Origin: a virus
Taxonomy: Duplodnaviria; Heunggongvirae; Uroviricota; Caudoviricetes
Length of the DNA: 15,168 nucleotides
IMG/VR virus record: IMGVR_UViG_3300029743_000281
Strand: one strand, 5' to 3'
The translations under genes were made by a program, and so were the position numbers. The notes below the pieces were generated by a model. That model worked only from the letters and a program-made list of their open reading frames with translations, was not told where the DNA came from and made no database searches. Positions 14,596 to 15,168 of this stretch are shown piece after piece (the stretch's first letter is position 1; every line of letters starts with the position of its first letter).

Positions 14596-15168
14596 TTAGA
14601 GTCTAAATTTCACATTCAGTAACCCATCTAATCCCTGAAATGCTGCTGTAATTTCATTTGAAAACTCAGTATCTTGCACTATCTCATCATCACATAAGCT
14701 TTCTCTGTGCCCCATATATTTCCGCGCCGCATCATGTATAGCGTCAGTTTTTCTATATTTCTCATTATATACAAATGAACACTCAACTTTTTTAACCTTG
14801 TATTTACGCTTCGTCCTATTCACATAAACCTTTACCGCATCATATAATGTTTTATCTAACTGTGAGGACAAATTTTTTGAAGTGTCTATGTTAGAGTAAA
14901 GTACTTTTCCCTCATCGGTTCTTGCAAGAAATTCAAATCTCTTCCAATCAATGTCGAAGATTATTTGCCCACAAACATGTTTTGGCGCGTCATAAAAGCT
15001 CACAATAATCTGCTGTATAACATCTCGATCAACAATACCTTTCCTCAAATCACTTTCTATTGAAATGCCACATGCTTTTGTAAGTTCATCTAATACTCCG
15101 GCCAGAATATTTAATCGGATTTTGACATTTACTTTGACATCCATCTTAGGCGGTAACAAATCTATCAT
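14596..15168 (-). CDS. Hypothetical protein (at least 190 aa), AT-rich; true start may lie beyond the window or at the internal MDVKV
   Basis: Long open frame in AT-rich DNA; the ATG is at the window edge. Confidence 0.75.
   Translation of the reverse strand: MIDLLPPKMDVKVNVKIRLNILAGVLDELTKACGISIESDLRKGIVDRDVIQQIIVSFYDAPKHVCGQIIFDIDWKRFEFLARTDEGKVLYSNIDTSKNLSSQLDKTLYDAVKVYVNRTKRKYKVKKVECSFVYNEKYRKTDAIHDAARKYMGHRESLCDDEIVQDTEFSNEITAAFQGLDGLLNVKFRL

Larger units (their letters stand above)
1..15168 (-). mobile_element. Part of an integrated prophage or phage-like element (replication module plus regulatory/accessory region); boundaries lie outside the window
   Basis: Co-oriented DUF2800, DUF2815, family A polymerase, VRR-NUC and SNF2 genes form a known temperate-phage replication module. 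No host housekeeping, integrase or virion genes are visible. Membership of the right third in the element is inferred. Confidence 0.8.

Overview
This window is part of an integrated phage-like mobile element from a gut Bacillota host. A Faecalibacterium/Oscillospiraceae-like host is my inference from the protein families and the ribozyme type. Nearly all genes are on the minus strand. Positions 1-9473 hold a GC-rich replication/recombination operon of the APSE/SPO2 type. In transcription order it encodes: a sigma-70 region-4 regulator, a DUF4406/DUF7768-like protein, two acidic proteins, a DUF2800 Cas4-like nuclease, a DUF2815 SSB, a family A DNA polymerase, a coiled-coil protein, DUF932, a small protein, VRR-NUC and a SNF2 helicase. 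Positions ~9474-15168 are a more AT-rich regulatory/accessory zone with two paralogous XRE-type HTH genes, an AT-hook-like coiled-coil protein, orphan genes and two zinc-ribbon gene remnants. The most notable signals are at the RNA level: (1) a complete HDV-like self-cleaving ribozyme fold (14134-14206) in the 5' leader of an orphan gene pair; (2) an in-frame TGA plus an extra Gly codon inside the Walker A motif of an otherwise intact SNF2 gene (DMGLG*GKT); (3) a leader ahead of the sigma gene with mutually exclusive terminator-like, anti-RBS and anti-anti-RBS pairings, near three GCTCA-N5-TGAGC palindromes; (4) three long minus-strand hairpins that share closing sequences. All family names come from motif recognition by eye; no searches were run.
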